Shown in pieces: positions 18,457 to 27,282 of a stretch of DNA of 43,466 bases. Source of the DNA: Candidatus Daviesbacteria bacterium (GTDB lineage Bacteria > Patescibacteriota > Microgenomatia > Daviesbacterales > UBA10151); contig JBEPVZ010000005.1 in NCBI GenBank assembly GCA_041690695.1, positions 1 to 43,466 on the forward strand, given 5' to 3'. The notes under the pieces were generated by a model that saw only the letters and a program-made list of their open reading frames with translations, was not told the DNA's origin and did no database searches. Both the position numbers and the translations under genes were made by a program. The stretch's first letter is position 1. Every line of letters starts with the position of its first letter.

Positions 18457-19532
18457 TGCTTGCCTTACTTCTTATCTGGCCATTTTTAGTCGCCTTGGCA
18501 ATTAGCCTTTTGGCAATGCCAATAACCATCACTTTAGCTAAACGCTACGGATTAGTGGACGATCCCAATACTCGTCCTCATCCCGCTCATGTTCAAAATC
18601 GAATTGTTCCGAGAGCCGGCGGCTTGCCAATATTTATCGGTTTGTTTTTAACAATTCCCTTTTTTATTCCAATCGATAAACATATTTTAGGGATTATTAT
18701 CGGAGCATTTATCTTACTGGTCATGGGACTTCTGGATGACAAATTAAAAAACTTTAGTCCTTATTTAAGATTTCTACTTCAATTTTTAGCAGCTGGCGTA
18801 GCAGTTGCATCAGGAATAGGTATTCCGTTTATCTCTAATCCCTTTGGAGGAGTTCTTCATTTTGATCAAATTATTATCCCCTTTCAGTTCTTGGGGCAAC
18901 ATCGAATTATTTTATTTGCTGATTTATTTGCTTTAATTTGGACCGTTTGGATAATGAATGTTGTTAATTGGTCAAAGGGCGTTGATGGTCAGATGCCGGG
19001 AATTATATTAGTGACAACTCTAACTATTGGTATTATCTCAACAGGTTTTTATCTGAAGGGTGATCCAAACCAATTAACAATTGCTAAACTAGCTTTTATT
19101 ACCGCCGGAACTTCTTTAGCGCTGCTTATTTTTAACTGGCATCCAGCTAAAATTTTTCCAGGATTTTCTGGATCAAACATTTTAGGTTTTATGGTCGCAA
19201 TACTGGCAATATTCTCAAGTGCTAAAGTTTCAACCGCTATTTTTGTAATGCTTATTCCTGCAATTGATTCAATTTATCTAATTTTAAAACGGACTTTGTC
19301 GGGACACTCTCCAATGAAAGGTGATCGTAATCATCTTCATCATAAACTACTTGATTTAGGCTGGAGTCATCATCAAATTTCCTTGTTTTACATAATCTCC
19401 TGTGCTATTCTAGGTTCAACAGTCGTTATCCTCTCGACAGTTCATAATAAAATTTTAATCGGAACTGTTGCTGGGGTAATTATTATTGGAACATTTTTAT
19501 GGCTACAAAAGATCTCCTCAGCCAAAGCTTAG
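18456..19532 (+). CDS. WecA/TagO-type polyprenyl-phosphate GlcNAc-1-phosphate transferase (MraY-like)
   Basis: VPRAGG, GLLDD, MNVVNWSKGVDG, FNWHPAKIFPG and DRNHLHHKL. Confidence 0.9.
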   Translation: MLALLLIWPFLVALAISLLAMPITITLAKRYGLVDDPNTRPHPAHVQNRIVPRAGGLPIFIGLFLTIPFFIPIDKHILGIIIGAFILLVMGLLDDKLKNFSPYLRFLLQFLAAGVAVASGIGIPFISNPFGGVLHFDQIIIPFQFLGQHRIILFADLFALIWTVWIMNVVNWSKGVDGQMPGIILVTTLTIGIISTGFYLKGDPNQLTIAKLAFITAGTSLALLIFNWHPAKIFPGFSGSNILGFMVAILAIFSSAKVSTAIFVMLIPAIDSIYLILKRTLSGHSPMKGDRNHLHHKLLDLGWSHHQISLFYIISCAILGSTVVILSTVHNKILIGTVAGVIIIGTFLWLQKISSAKA

Positions 19533-20452
19533 CTTGGCAAGTATTTAAAGAGCTCCGTCCAAGACAATGGATTAAAAACTTTGCGGTCTTTGCCGGATTA
19601 ATATTCTCCGGGCAAATGGATAATACGGCCGCCACCACGATTGCTTTTGAAGCCTTCTTAATCTTTTGTGGAACTTCATCCGCGACCTATCTTTTAAATG
19701 ATGCTTTTGATATTGAACGTGATCGACTACATCCTTTCAAAAGTAAGCGCCCAATTGCCTCAGGCCGAATTCCAGTTTCCGCCGCCGTTATTGCTGCATT
19801 GGTATTAATTGCTTTAATCCTCCCTATTTCATATGAAGTCTCCCCGGCTTTCTTTTTTGCCGTCGCCAGTTACCTAGTTCTCCAAGTTTGTTATTCAGCA
19901 TTTTTGAAATCTTTAATTTTAATTGATGTTATGGCCATCGCTTCCGGTTTTGTTTTAAGAGTTTATGCTGGAGTTTGGGCGATTGATGCTCATTTAAATG
20001 TTTGGTTTTTGCTGGCTGTGACCAGTTTTGCGCTCTTTTTAGCTATTGGAAAACGTCGTTCTGAACTAACCTTGCTTCAATCCCAAGCTTCTAAACACCG
20101 TGAAACACTCCTTCATTATCCAGAAAATTTACTTGATATCTTAACCGCTATGTTCGCCAATTCAACCTGGCTGGCCTACGCTTTATTTACCTTCTTGCAA
20201 CCCCCGATCTTAGCTCGACCGAGACTAGCTAATTTACTAGGTGATTTATCACTACCTTTTGGACAAGCCAAATATTTAATGGCCACGATCCCCGTTGTCA
20301 TTTATGGAGTGATGAGATATCTCTATATTATTTATGAGAAAAAAGAGGGCGAGTCTCCAGAAAAAGTTTTACTAACTGATCAGCCACTTTTGATAACCTG
20401 TTTAATTTGGTTGGTGATGACCTTGATAATTACCTACTACCTCGGAATTTAA
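19499..20452 (+). CDS. UbiA-family prenyltransferase (decaprenyl-phosphate phosphoribosyltransferase-like)
   Basis: LRPRQWIKN, YLLND..DIERDRLHPFKSKRPIASG, GFVLRV, LAIGKRRSEL and GESPE. Confidence 0.9.
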   Translation: MATKDLLSQSLAWQVFKELRPRQWIKNFAVFAGLIFSGQMDNTAATTIAFEAFLIFCGTSSATYLLNDAFDIERDRLHPFKSKRPIASGRIPVSAAVIAALVLIALILPISYEVSPAFFFAVASYLVLQVCYSAFLKSLILIDVMAIASGFVLRVYAGVWAIDAHLNVWFLLAVTSFALFLAIGKRRSELTLLQSQASKHRETLLHYPENLLDILTAMFANSTWLAYALFTFLQPPILARPRLANLLGDLSLPFGQAKYLMATIPVVIYGVMRYLYIIYEKKEGESPEKVLLTDQPLLITCLIWLVMTLIITYYLGI

Positions 20453-21252
20453 ATCTTCTTAGCATAACTAGTCGAGACAAATCCTGTTTGATTATTTGGC
20501 AATTGAACTTTATACCAACCCGTTTGTTCATCAAGTAGATCTAAAGTATCACCCGGCGCAACTCGATAAATCTCACTGCTATTTAATGAGGCCTCGCTTC
20601 TAACTCTTAAAAAACCAGTCGGTGTTTCCAGGATTTCAACCCGAGAACCAGGAGCTGGAGTTGGGGTCGCAACAGGAACAGGCGTTGATGCAGAAACGTC
20701 AGTTGCCAAGTCAACATTTAAATCGAGTTTATACCCATCTGTTGCAACCGCTCTAATGCTTCGTTTCAAGAAATCTTGATGACTAATTAAAAAGAGGTGT
20801 TCCCCGGCTGATAAAGTCGGTAAAGATAAAGGTGTCGCTCCAACGTCCTTACCATCAATCTCAACTTCAGAACCAGTCGGCTGAGACAGTAAAGTTACCC
20901 CAGCACCTTTTTCTAAAGTAATAATCTCACCGGATGCAGACGATTCTTTGGCAGCTAGCTCACGATTAATAACCGTTAAAGTTCCTTGATTAAAAGTTAC
21001 ATAACCTTGCCAAGTGCCGCTGTCTGATGTCAGAGCAATTTTATGCTCGCCAGCTATCGCATTATCATCTTTATAAGGCGTTGTTCCAGCCGATTTACTA
21101 TCAATTGTAACTTGAGCCGCCACATTAGATTCAATTCTAACTCCAGAACGAAGGTTGGAATGAAAAACTCGATCAACAATTTGCGAGCTAAAACGAAATA
21201 TTAAAGCTAGAATGCTGAAGAACGTCAGCAAGAACAAAATTGTCTTGCGCAT
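20449..21252 (-). CDS. PEGA-domain protein with a C-terminal bacterial SH3 domain
   Basis: Two PEGA repeats (V.IDGK.VG.TP) and TPTGFLRVR...GWYKV...GFVS..Y. ATG 21252 lies 6 nt after TATAAT. Confidence 0.85.
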   Translation of the reverse strand: MRKTILFLLTFFSILALIFRFSSQIVDRVFHSNLRSGVRIESNVAAQVTIDSKSAGTTPYKDDNAIAGEHKIALTSDSGTWQGYVTFNQGTLTVINRELAAKESSASGEIITLEKGAGVTLLSQPTGSEVEIDGKDVGATPLSLPTLSAGEHLFLISHQDFLKRSIRAVATDGYKLDLNVDLATDVSASTPVPVATPTPAPGSRVEILETPTGFLRVRSEASLNSSEIYRVAPGDTLDLLDEQTGWYKVQLPNNQTGFVSTSYAKKI

Positions 21253-21264
21253 CCTCAAATTATA

Positions 21265-22191
21265 TCAGTTCCACCAGCCAATTTTTAGGCTGGAGAAGGA
21301 GAAAGGAACCTCAACCGTTTGACGATCACCAATATTTACAAATAACGACAAGATCTCTTCTTCATTTTGAGATTGTTTCATGATCCCCCCACAAGCATAA
21401 ACCACTCTTCTTAGCTCGGGGTGAAGTTCCTCAACCAGTGGAGTTCCATCTGGAGACAAAAAATGATCTGGTGTTAAAACTGGCATCGGATCAACTTCAA
21501 TCTGATAGTTTTGACCTTCTTCTTTATATAATTTAGCTCGGCCTAAAGAATAGATAAATTTACCATCTAAAATGGTAATGCCATGAATAATCATCAAGGC
21601 CTCATGATCATTAATCCAAACTGGCGGCATAGTTGTCCCAATTCGCCATTTAGCCCAGGCCAAATCTTTTGGAAATTGAATGTGACCTTGGAGGTTAACT
21701 TGATTTCCGTCAAATCCAAAAACAATTAAGCGATGGTTATTCTCAGCGCCCTCCCCTCGGAAAAGAAAAGTATTGCTATTAATTGGGGTAACATTTTTTC
21801 CGTATCCAAACTCTTTAATGACTTTAACCTCAGGTAGTCGTTCTTGCCAAGCGGTTGATTTTAAAACCGTGATGGCTGGGTAGGGTTTCATAACCGTTTG
21901 ATCAACAGCTGTTAAGCCAATTAAAACTTGATCATTATTCAAAACAAGCGCTCTAGGATCTTCTAGAAGATATTCTTTTTCGTTAGGAGTCCATATGACA
22001 AATTCTTGGACAAGTTGGCCTTTAGCATCGAGTTCTACCAAAATCATGTCACCTTTATCAGGCTGGCCTTTACCACCCGCAATTTTGACTTCACGTAAAA
22101 TTAAAATTGTATTACCGTTTTGAGAAGTTTTCCAAGCGGCCGCGTTATAGCGGTTAGCGAGGTTTGAAGAGATCGAGTAATCTTTAAACAT
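21265..22191 (-). CDS. GH130-like glycosidase/phosphorylase (five-bladed beta-propeller)
   Basis: YNAAA, EDPR, KN, IG..PP, LMIIHG, YSLG, VVYACG and GD motifs. Confidence 0.72.
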   Translation of the reverse strand: MFKDYSISSNLANRYNAAAWKTSQNGNTILILREVKIAGGKGQPDKGDMILVELDAKGQLVQEFVIWTPNEKEYLLEDPRALVLNNDQVLIGLTAVDQTVMKPYPAITVLKSTAWQERLPEVKVIKEFGYGKNVTPINSNTFLFRGEGAENNHRLIVFGFDGNQVNLQGHIQFPKDLAWAKWRIGTTMPPVWINDHEALMIIHGITILDGKFIYSLGRAKLYKEEGQNYQIEVDPMPVLTPDHFLSPDGTPLVEELHPELRRVVYACGGIMKQSQNEEEILSLFVNIGDRQTVEVPFSFSSLKIGWWN

Positions 22192-22197
22192 TGGGCA

Positions 22198-22239
22198 AGT
22201 CTTACAAAAACTACCATCTATGTTTACATTAGTCTTACA
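22198..22239 (-). promoter_or_regulatory. Helically phased TGTAA direct repeats upstream of the GH130-like gene
   Basis: On the + strand TTACA occurs at 22202, 22224 and 22235 (spacing 22 and 11). AGTCTTACA is repeated exactly at 22198 and 22231. Confidence 0.5.
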
Positions 22240-22309
22240 TGGAAGTCAAGCAATCGGGGCGACTGCACTCTGTCTTAATACAGTCGCGAGATCGCTTGCC
22301 CACTAAGCG

Positions 22310-22331
22310 GGGATTTGTAATTACAAATCCC
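22310..22331. repeat. Perfect 22-bp palindrome GGGATTTGTAATTACAAATCCC
   Basis: Directly visible; lies 5 bp upstream of TATAAT (22337-22342). Confidence 0.9.
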
Positions 22332-22353
22332 TAGATTATAATTGACAGATAAT

Positions 22354-22905
22354 ATGCCCGACGAAAATGAGATAGTTCGAGAGAAGCTCAAAGGTATTAA
22401 AGACAGGTTTGGACCAGAAGCAGAAGAATTTGTTAGAACCGGTATCGTACCCCTTTACAGCATAAGCCGAGGATCAGATGATGAACTTTGGAGAGTCACC
22501 CATCGGGCTTACAAAAAGGGCGGTATTATTGTTTATGCCCCTGAACTCGATCTTCGTGCCAGTCGAGGCAAGGTACTTCTCAGACATATTAATTATCCCG
22601 ATTACCCAGATCCAAATGCAGCTTTTGGTTTTGTTAAAAAGAACCAATCTGTGGTTTTTGCTGATGCTCCGACATCTTTAAACCTCTGGGATGGACAGGT
22701 TACAGATATCACAACAGCTATCTTAGATTTGGCGAGAGTTTTTCATTATCGTAACTATTTTGGGATGGATGAAGGGACTTATTGGCGATCTAATAACGCC
22801 CCTAATCTGGTTCAAGCCCTGCGTGTAGCAGATGATCTTTCTCGCCATATCCGAGAGCAGGAAAATTCTAAACCACGAGGCTTTTTTCCTTGGACAAAAA
22901 AATGA
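22354..22905 (+). CDS. Hypothetical protein
   Basis: Open frame with no recognisable motif. ATG 22354 follows TATAAT, and the stop overlaps the next start (ATGA). Confidence 0.7.
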   Translation: MPDENEIVREKLKGIKDRFGPEAEEFVRTGIVPLYSISRGSDDELWRVTHRAYKKGGIIVYAPELDLRASRGKVLLRHINYPDYPDPNAAFGFVKKNQSVVFADAPTSLNLWDGQVTDITTAILDLARVFHYRNYFGMDEGTYWRSNNAPNLVQALRVADDLSRHIREQENSKPRGFFPWTKK

Positions 22906-23453
22906 AATTATCTAAAACACTCGCTTTAATTTTAGTTATTGCCCTGCCTTTTATTGGCTTTTGGGTGGGATATAATACTAAAAAAGGATCCGCTCCGGCA
23001 TCAGTGACCGTTCTGACGGCTTCACCGACAGCGACTCCTGATCTAGCTTCTAAATCAGGAACCAGTTCCTCTGGTCAATTACAAACAACTCAGACTTCCG
23101 CCAAAGTTTCGGACGCTGACCCTCAAACCTTAATTATGGCGAGAAAATTAGTAACGGACTGGTTTGATAAATATAAAGATCCTACTCAACCTTTAGAATG
23201 GAGATTAGTTGACTATCGAATTGATAACTTATTTGCCAAAGTCTCGGACCGAGGACTTATGAGTATTAGTGTTTCCTACGGAATTAAACCAGTAAGCGCC
23301 CAATCTCAGTGGGCTTTGACATCTAATCCAGATGCCAATGGCTGGTATGGCTGGAGTGGGTGTGCTATTACTAAAAAACAAGGAACTACTTATCAACCAA
23401 TTGACGGACTAGCTACAGGCTGTCCAAAATTAGAATACTTAGAAAGTAATTAA
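22902..23453 (+). CDS. Hypothetical membrane-anchored/exported protein
   Basis: SKTLALILVIALPFIGFWVG anchor, S/T-rich linker and a Cys pair near the C-terminus. Confidence 0.7.
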   Translation: MKLSKTLALILVIALPFIGFWVGYNTKKGSAPASVTVLTASPTATPDLASKSGTSSSGQLQTTQTSAKVSDADPQTLIMARKLVTDWFDKYKDPTQPLEWRLVDYRIDNLFAKVSDRGLMSISVSYGIKPVSAQSQWALTSNPDANGWYGWSGCAITKKQGTTYQPIDGLATGCPKLEYLESN

Positions 23454-24418
23454 AAGTTTTGGAGAGCAAGTGAGGCCAATAAATAACAAATCGTCGATTC
23501 TGCCCCAGCATTTAGATTTGGATCAAATTCACTTAACCCATCCGAACAACCGCCATCAGGATGAATCATATTAGCTTTTTTTAAATTATTACCCGAAAAC
23601 CAACTAAAATAAAATTTAGCTTTTTCTAAATACACGTTGTCATTGGTTTTTTTATAAAAATCTAAACAAGCTAAAACTAAATAAGAAACGTCAATCGGCT
23701 GTTGATCAAAGAGGGCCATCTCTCGACCCTTTTTCCACCAACCAATATTACCGACGACCACGGGTATTCCATCGCGCTGTAAGTTTTCCAGTAAAAAATT
23801 AAGACTTTTTAAGCCAATCTCCAGATATTCTTTTTTACCAGTCAATTGATAAGCTTTTAACAAACCCCAAGGCATCAAGGCATTAATGTACGTCATCTCA
23901 GTTTCAAACCAGAGCCAGTTTTTACTAGAATATTTTTCAAATAATTTAACTAGCCGATTTGCCAGAATTATTGTCGTGTCTTTATCCCCCAGCTCATAAA
24001 GCCCTAATAAACTGTAACCAATTACTCGAGGTTCGACCGATTTACTTAAACCGCCAATTAAATAATTAATGAACTTTTGAATATTACTATCAGGTTGAAT
24101 TTTCTGATAAGTTGCTAGGGCCCACAGAACTTCAGCTGAAGCTTCACCGAAGTTATCTTTTTTCTCTAAAAATCGTCCATTTTTATTCCAGAGCATTTTT
24201 ACACCACCGCCATCAATTTGACAGGCCATAATTTGGCTCAGAAGATGCTCTACAACCGGTTGGTTATGAGTTTGAAGAGCTACCAGCAGTCCTCGAGCCT
24301 GATCCTCAATAGCATACCCATACTCAAGAGCTTTATCCCGACCAGTGGTAAATTGGATAATACCTTGCAGGTCGATCAAAGAACAGAAATAATTGATACT
24401 TTTTTGGATGTCTTTCAT
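23450..24418 (-). CDS. GT4-associated (alpha/alpha)6-barrel glycosidase-like protein
   Basis: GYAIEDQARGL, WLWFE..MTY.NA..P, FDQQPID, WFSGNN, GGCSDGL and NAGAEST motifs, which I recognise as the domain often fused C-terminally to this GT4 type. Confidence 0.75.
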   Translation of the reverse strand: MKDIQKSINYFCSLIDLQGIIQFTTGRDKALEYGYAIEDQARGLLVALQTHNQPVVEHLLSQIMACQIDGGGVKMLWNKNGRFLEKKDNFGEASAEVLWALATYQKIQPDSNIQKFINYLIGGLSKSVEPRVIGYSLLGLYELGDKDTTIILANRLVKLFEKYSSKNWLWFETEMTYINALMPWGLLKAYQLTGKKEYLEIGLKSLNFLLENLQRDGIPVVVGNIGWWKKGREMALFDQQPIDVSYLVLACLDFYKKTNDNVYLEKAKFYFSWFSGNNLKKANMIHPDGGCSDGLSEFDPNLNAGAESTICYLLASLALQNF

Positions 24419-24423
24419 TGAAA

Positions 24424-25788
24424 TTAGAGAGAGCTTGTTAAAGGAGTTAAGACTTTGCGTGAAGCCGTTAATAAAACTTCACTAGATTTCCGAGCAATTC
24501 TTTCATTGCGTTCGATTGCAAAATTAAAAACCGTTAAATATTGTCGGGCAATATTAGCCCAAATCATCGTCCGACCTAATGCGTAGGCATTTTTTTCAAT
24601 TGATTGCTTAAGCCGTGGATGTGTACACAAATCAATAACAGCCCGCGCAATAGCTTGACTGTCTTTGAATGGCACGACCATTCCTCGATCTCCGTCCAAC
24701 ATCTCTTTAGCATAAATATATGGCGTTGAGATACAAGCTTTGCCAGCTCCAATTGCATAGGCCAAGGCTCCGGAGGTTGCTTGTTGAGGATCTAGGTAAG
24801 GAGTAATGTAAATATCAGTTGCTCCAATGTAAGAAACAAGTTCATCTAAACTGACGTAGCGATTAACAAACATCAAATGTTTTGAGACTCCCAATTGCTG
24901 AGCTCTCTTTTTTAGTTTCTCGCGATAATAATCTCGACCATTAGCTTGTGACAAAATTAAAGGATGGGTTTGACCAACTACTAAATAGACAAAATTAGGA
25001 ACTTTTTTAACAATTTCCGGCAAACTTTCGACCGCATATTCCAAGCCTTTGTTTTCGCTTATTAAATTAATGCTGGTCATAACTGTTTTACCTTGAAGCT
25101 TTAGCCTTTTCTGCCATTCTAAAATATCAAACATCGGAAAATCCGGCACTCCATGAGGAATAACCACGATCTTTTTATTAGAAACACCATATGTTTTATG
25201 TAAAATCTTCCGACCTTGCTCAAGCATGACAATAACTGATTTAGAATACTTAGCCACCTTTTTTACAATCTCTTTTTGTTTCTGGTTTGGTTCGGGCAAG
25301 ATAGTATGAAAAGTTGTCACCACCGGCTTTTTAATACTTTTAATAAACGCTACGATATTTTCACCTTCATTTTTGCCATAAATTCCAAATTCATGTTGAA
25401 CACAAACTAACTCAAATTCATCAGTATTGTTAACGTAATCAATAACTTTTTTATAATCTGACCATTCGTTTTGGCGGACTAAAAACTTTGATTCACCAGG
25501 ATAGGATAAATTTTCGCTAGTTTTATCACTCATCACCATAATCTGAGCCAGACTAAACGGATTTAAAAGATTGATCCCTTGAGTCAGATCTTTAGTAAAA
25601 GTAGCAATGCCACATTTTCGAGGAATATATGACGAGACATACAAAACTCGGATCGGATGAACCAGCCGTTTAAGTTCTTGTTGATAGATATCCCGCTTGA
25701 GCGGAAACAGCAGGTTTGATAAGGTTGCCATAATTGGTCTAAATTGTAGCCAAGCTTTGTAAGATTGGTGTAATAGGGATTTAAGCAT
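24424..25788 (-). CDS. Family 4 glycosyltransferase
   Basis: SSYIPRKCGIATFT, QHEFGIYG, TTFHT, IPHGVP, KGLE, GQTHP, DIYITPY..QATSGALAYA and STPY.YAKE. Confidence 0.92.
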   Translation of the reverse strand: MLKSLLHQSYKAWLQFRPIMATLSNLLFPLKRDIYQQELKRLVHPIRVLYVSSYIPRKCGIATFTKDLTQGINLLNPFSLAQIMVMSDKTSENLSYPGESKFLVRQNEWSDYKKVIDYVNNTDEFELVCVQHEFGIYGKNEGENIVAFIKSIKKPVVTTFHTILPEPNQKQKEIVKKVAKYSKSVIVMLEQGRKILHKTYGVSNKKIVVIPHGVPDFPMFDILEWQKRLKLQGKTVMTSINLISENKGLEYAVESLPEIVKKVPNFVYLVVGQTHPLILSQANGRDYYREKLKKRAQQLGVSKHLMFVNRYVSLDELVSYIGATDIYITPYLDPQQATSGALAYAIGAGKACISTPYIYAKEMLDGDRGMVVPFKDSQAIARAVIDLCTHPRLKQSIEKNAYALGRTMIWANIARQYLTVFNFAIERNERIARKSSEVLLTASRKVLTPLTSSL

Positions 25789-25841
25789 TTCGAGAGTATT
25801 TTACCACAAAAACCTTAGTTTTCCCGAAAGTAAGGCTAATT

Positions 25842-26552
25842 TTAGTGGATAACTACCCGAGTTCCGGGATTATCAGGCGTAGCTTGAATATAGTTTTGAC
25901 CATCGGGAACGATCGGTCCAGTCCAAGCAAATAGGGCTTCCGCCTTATCCACTGGAGTATTAATGCAGCCATGGCTCATCGGATGGCCAAAATTATTATG
26001 CCAATATGCTCCATGGACCGCGTACCCACCAGAAAAGAACATATTGTAAGGCACATTCGGCAGATCATAAAAATCCCCTAAAGCTTTTGAACCGCCGACC
26101 ATTCGCTGGCTTTTAGTCTTATACCAAATATTAAAAGTTCCGGTTGGGGTCGGACCCCACTTTCCACTCGAAATTAAAAACTCCATGACTACTTTATTGC
26201 CTTCCCAAGCCCGTAAAGTTTGAGTTTGGAGGTCAACTTCGATCCATTTTTCTTCACCATTGCTATTCGTCGTTCCTAAAACATTCGAATCAGCCATCGC
26301 TAAATTGGGTGGATTAAATAAAGCTGATAACTCCTGCCCTGGATATGAAACTTGTTGGTTATCATAAATGGCTTGGCTGGCATTAGGATCAAATTGACCA
26401 TTCGAGGCTAAAACGTCAGCAACCTTGAAGTCGGGGCCAGTCGAACCTAAATGAAGCGCTGAAGCTATTTGCTGGCGGATTGGTAATGAGGCCACTAACG
26501 TTATGATCGTTAGAGTCAACACAGTTAAAGCTCCGGCCAAAAGCTTGGGCAT
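25842..26552 (-). CDS. L,D-transpeptidase (YkuD domain)
   Basis: IEVDLQTQTL, ISSGK..PTPTG and HGAYWHNNFGHPMSHGCIN. Confidence 0.92.
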   Translation of the reverse strand: MPKLLAGALTVLTLTIITLVASLPIRQQIASALHLGSTGPDFKVADVLASNGQFDPNASQAIYDNQQVSYPGQELSALFNPPNLAMADSNVLGTTNSNGEEKWIEVDLQTQTLRAWEGNKVVMEFLISSGKWGPTPTGTFNIWYKTKSQRMVGGSKALGDFYDLPNVPYNMFFSGGYAVHGAYWHNNFGHPMSHGCINTPVDKAEALFAWTGPIVPDGQNYIQATPDNPGTRVVIH

Positions 26553-26655
26553 TAATTACATATTAGAGGATCGCTGGTCGAGGGAGGAAGATTGTATTTT
26601 GATCACTTTTTGTGCTAATATTCTCTCCATCCTGTACCAGATGGTACGGGATCTG

Positions 26656-27282
26656 ATGTTTAAAGGCTTTATTGCATCTAAGCATCTGCCCCACTTCCTG
26701 ACTCTTAGTAAAATTTTTGCTAAGTTGTCCTTAGGAATGGCTTTGCTGTATCTTTTATCCAATTATCAACCAACTTTAGGTTTTCCGCCAATTAAAAGAA
26801 ATGTCGTTCATGCTCAAGTTACTCAACCAGAACAAACCCAAAAAATAAACGTCAGTTCGCTCCCTTTTGTCGCTCAGCTACCTCATCAAGGCTATATTAG
26901 TACCTATTATTCAGCTTTTCATCCTGGAATTGATATTGCGACCTTCTTAGGTGATAAAATTCACCCAATTGGTGAAGGTACAGTTATCGATACTAGCTAC
27001 ACTTATTGGGGATTAGGTCAAACTGTCACGGTTGATCACGGTCAAGGCTATCAATCACTTTATGCCCATATGGGTAAAGTTTATGTCAAGGATGGCCAAA
27101 AAGTATCTTCAAACGACGTTTTAGGTGAGGTGGGGTTAACTGGTAATACTTCCGGACCACATACTCATTTACAGATCAGTAAAGATGGTCAAACCATTAA
27201 TCCATTAGCAATTTTACCCGATACATTACCCAATATTTCAGTGGTATTGGCTTCATATTCAGCCACTTTAGTAGCTAAATAA
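26656..27282 (+). CDS. M23-family metallopeptidase
   Basis: HPGIDIA, YAHM and GLTGNTSGPHTH, with an N-terminal TM helix. Start uncertain; the track start at 26503 overlaps the divergent gene and is unlikely. Confidence 0.88.
   Translation: MFKGFIASKHLPHFLTLSKIFAKLSLGMALLYLLSNYQPTLGFPPIKRNVVHAQVTQPEQTQKINVSSLPFVAQLPHQGYISTYYSAFHPGIDIATFLGDKIHPIGEGTVIDTSYTYWGLGQTVTVDHGQGYQSLYAHMGKVYVKDGQKVSSNDVLGEVGLTGNTSGPHTHLQISKDGQTINPLAILPDTLPNISVVLASYSATLVAK

Noticed and set aside
25806-25838. Possible terminator after the L,D-transpeptidase gene (minus strand)
   Set aside because: The stem is imperfect and AT-rich with a short U-run; plausible but not supportable.
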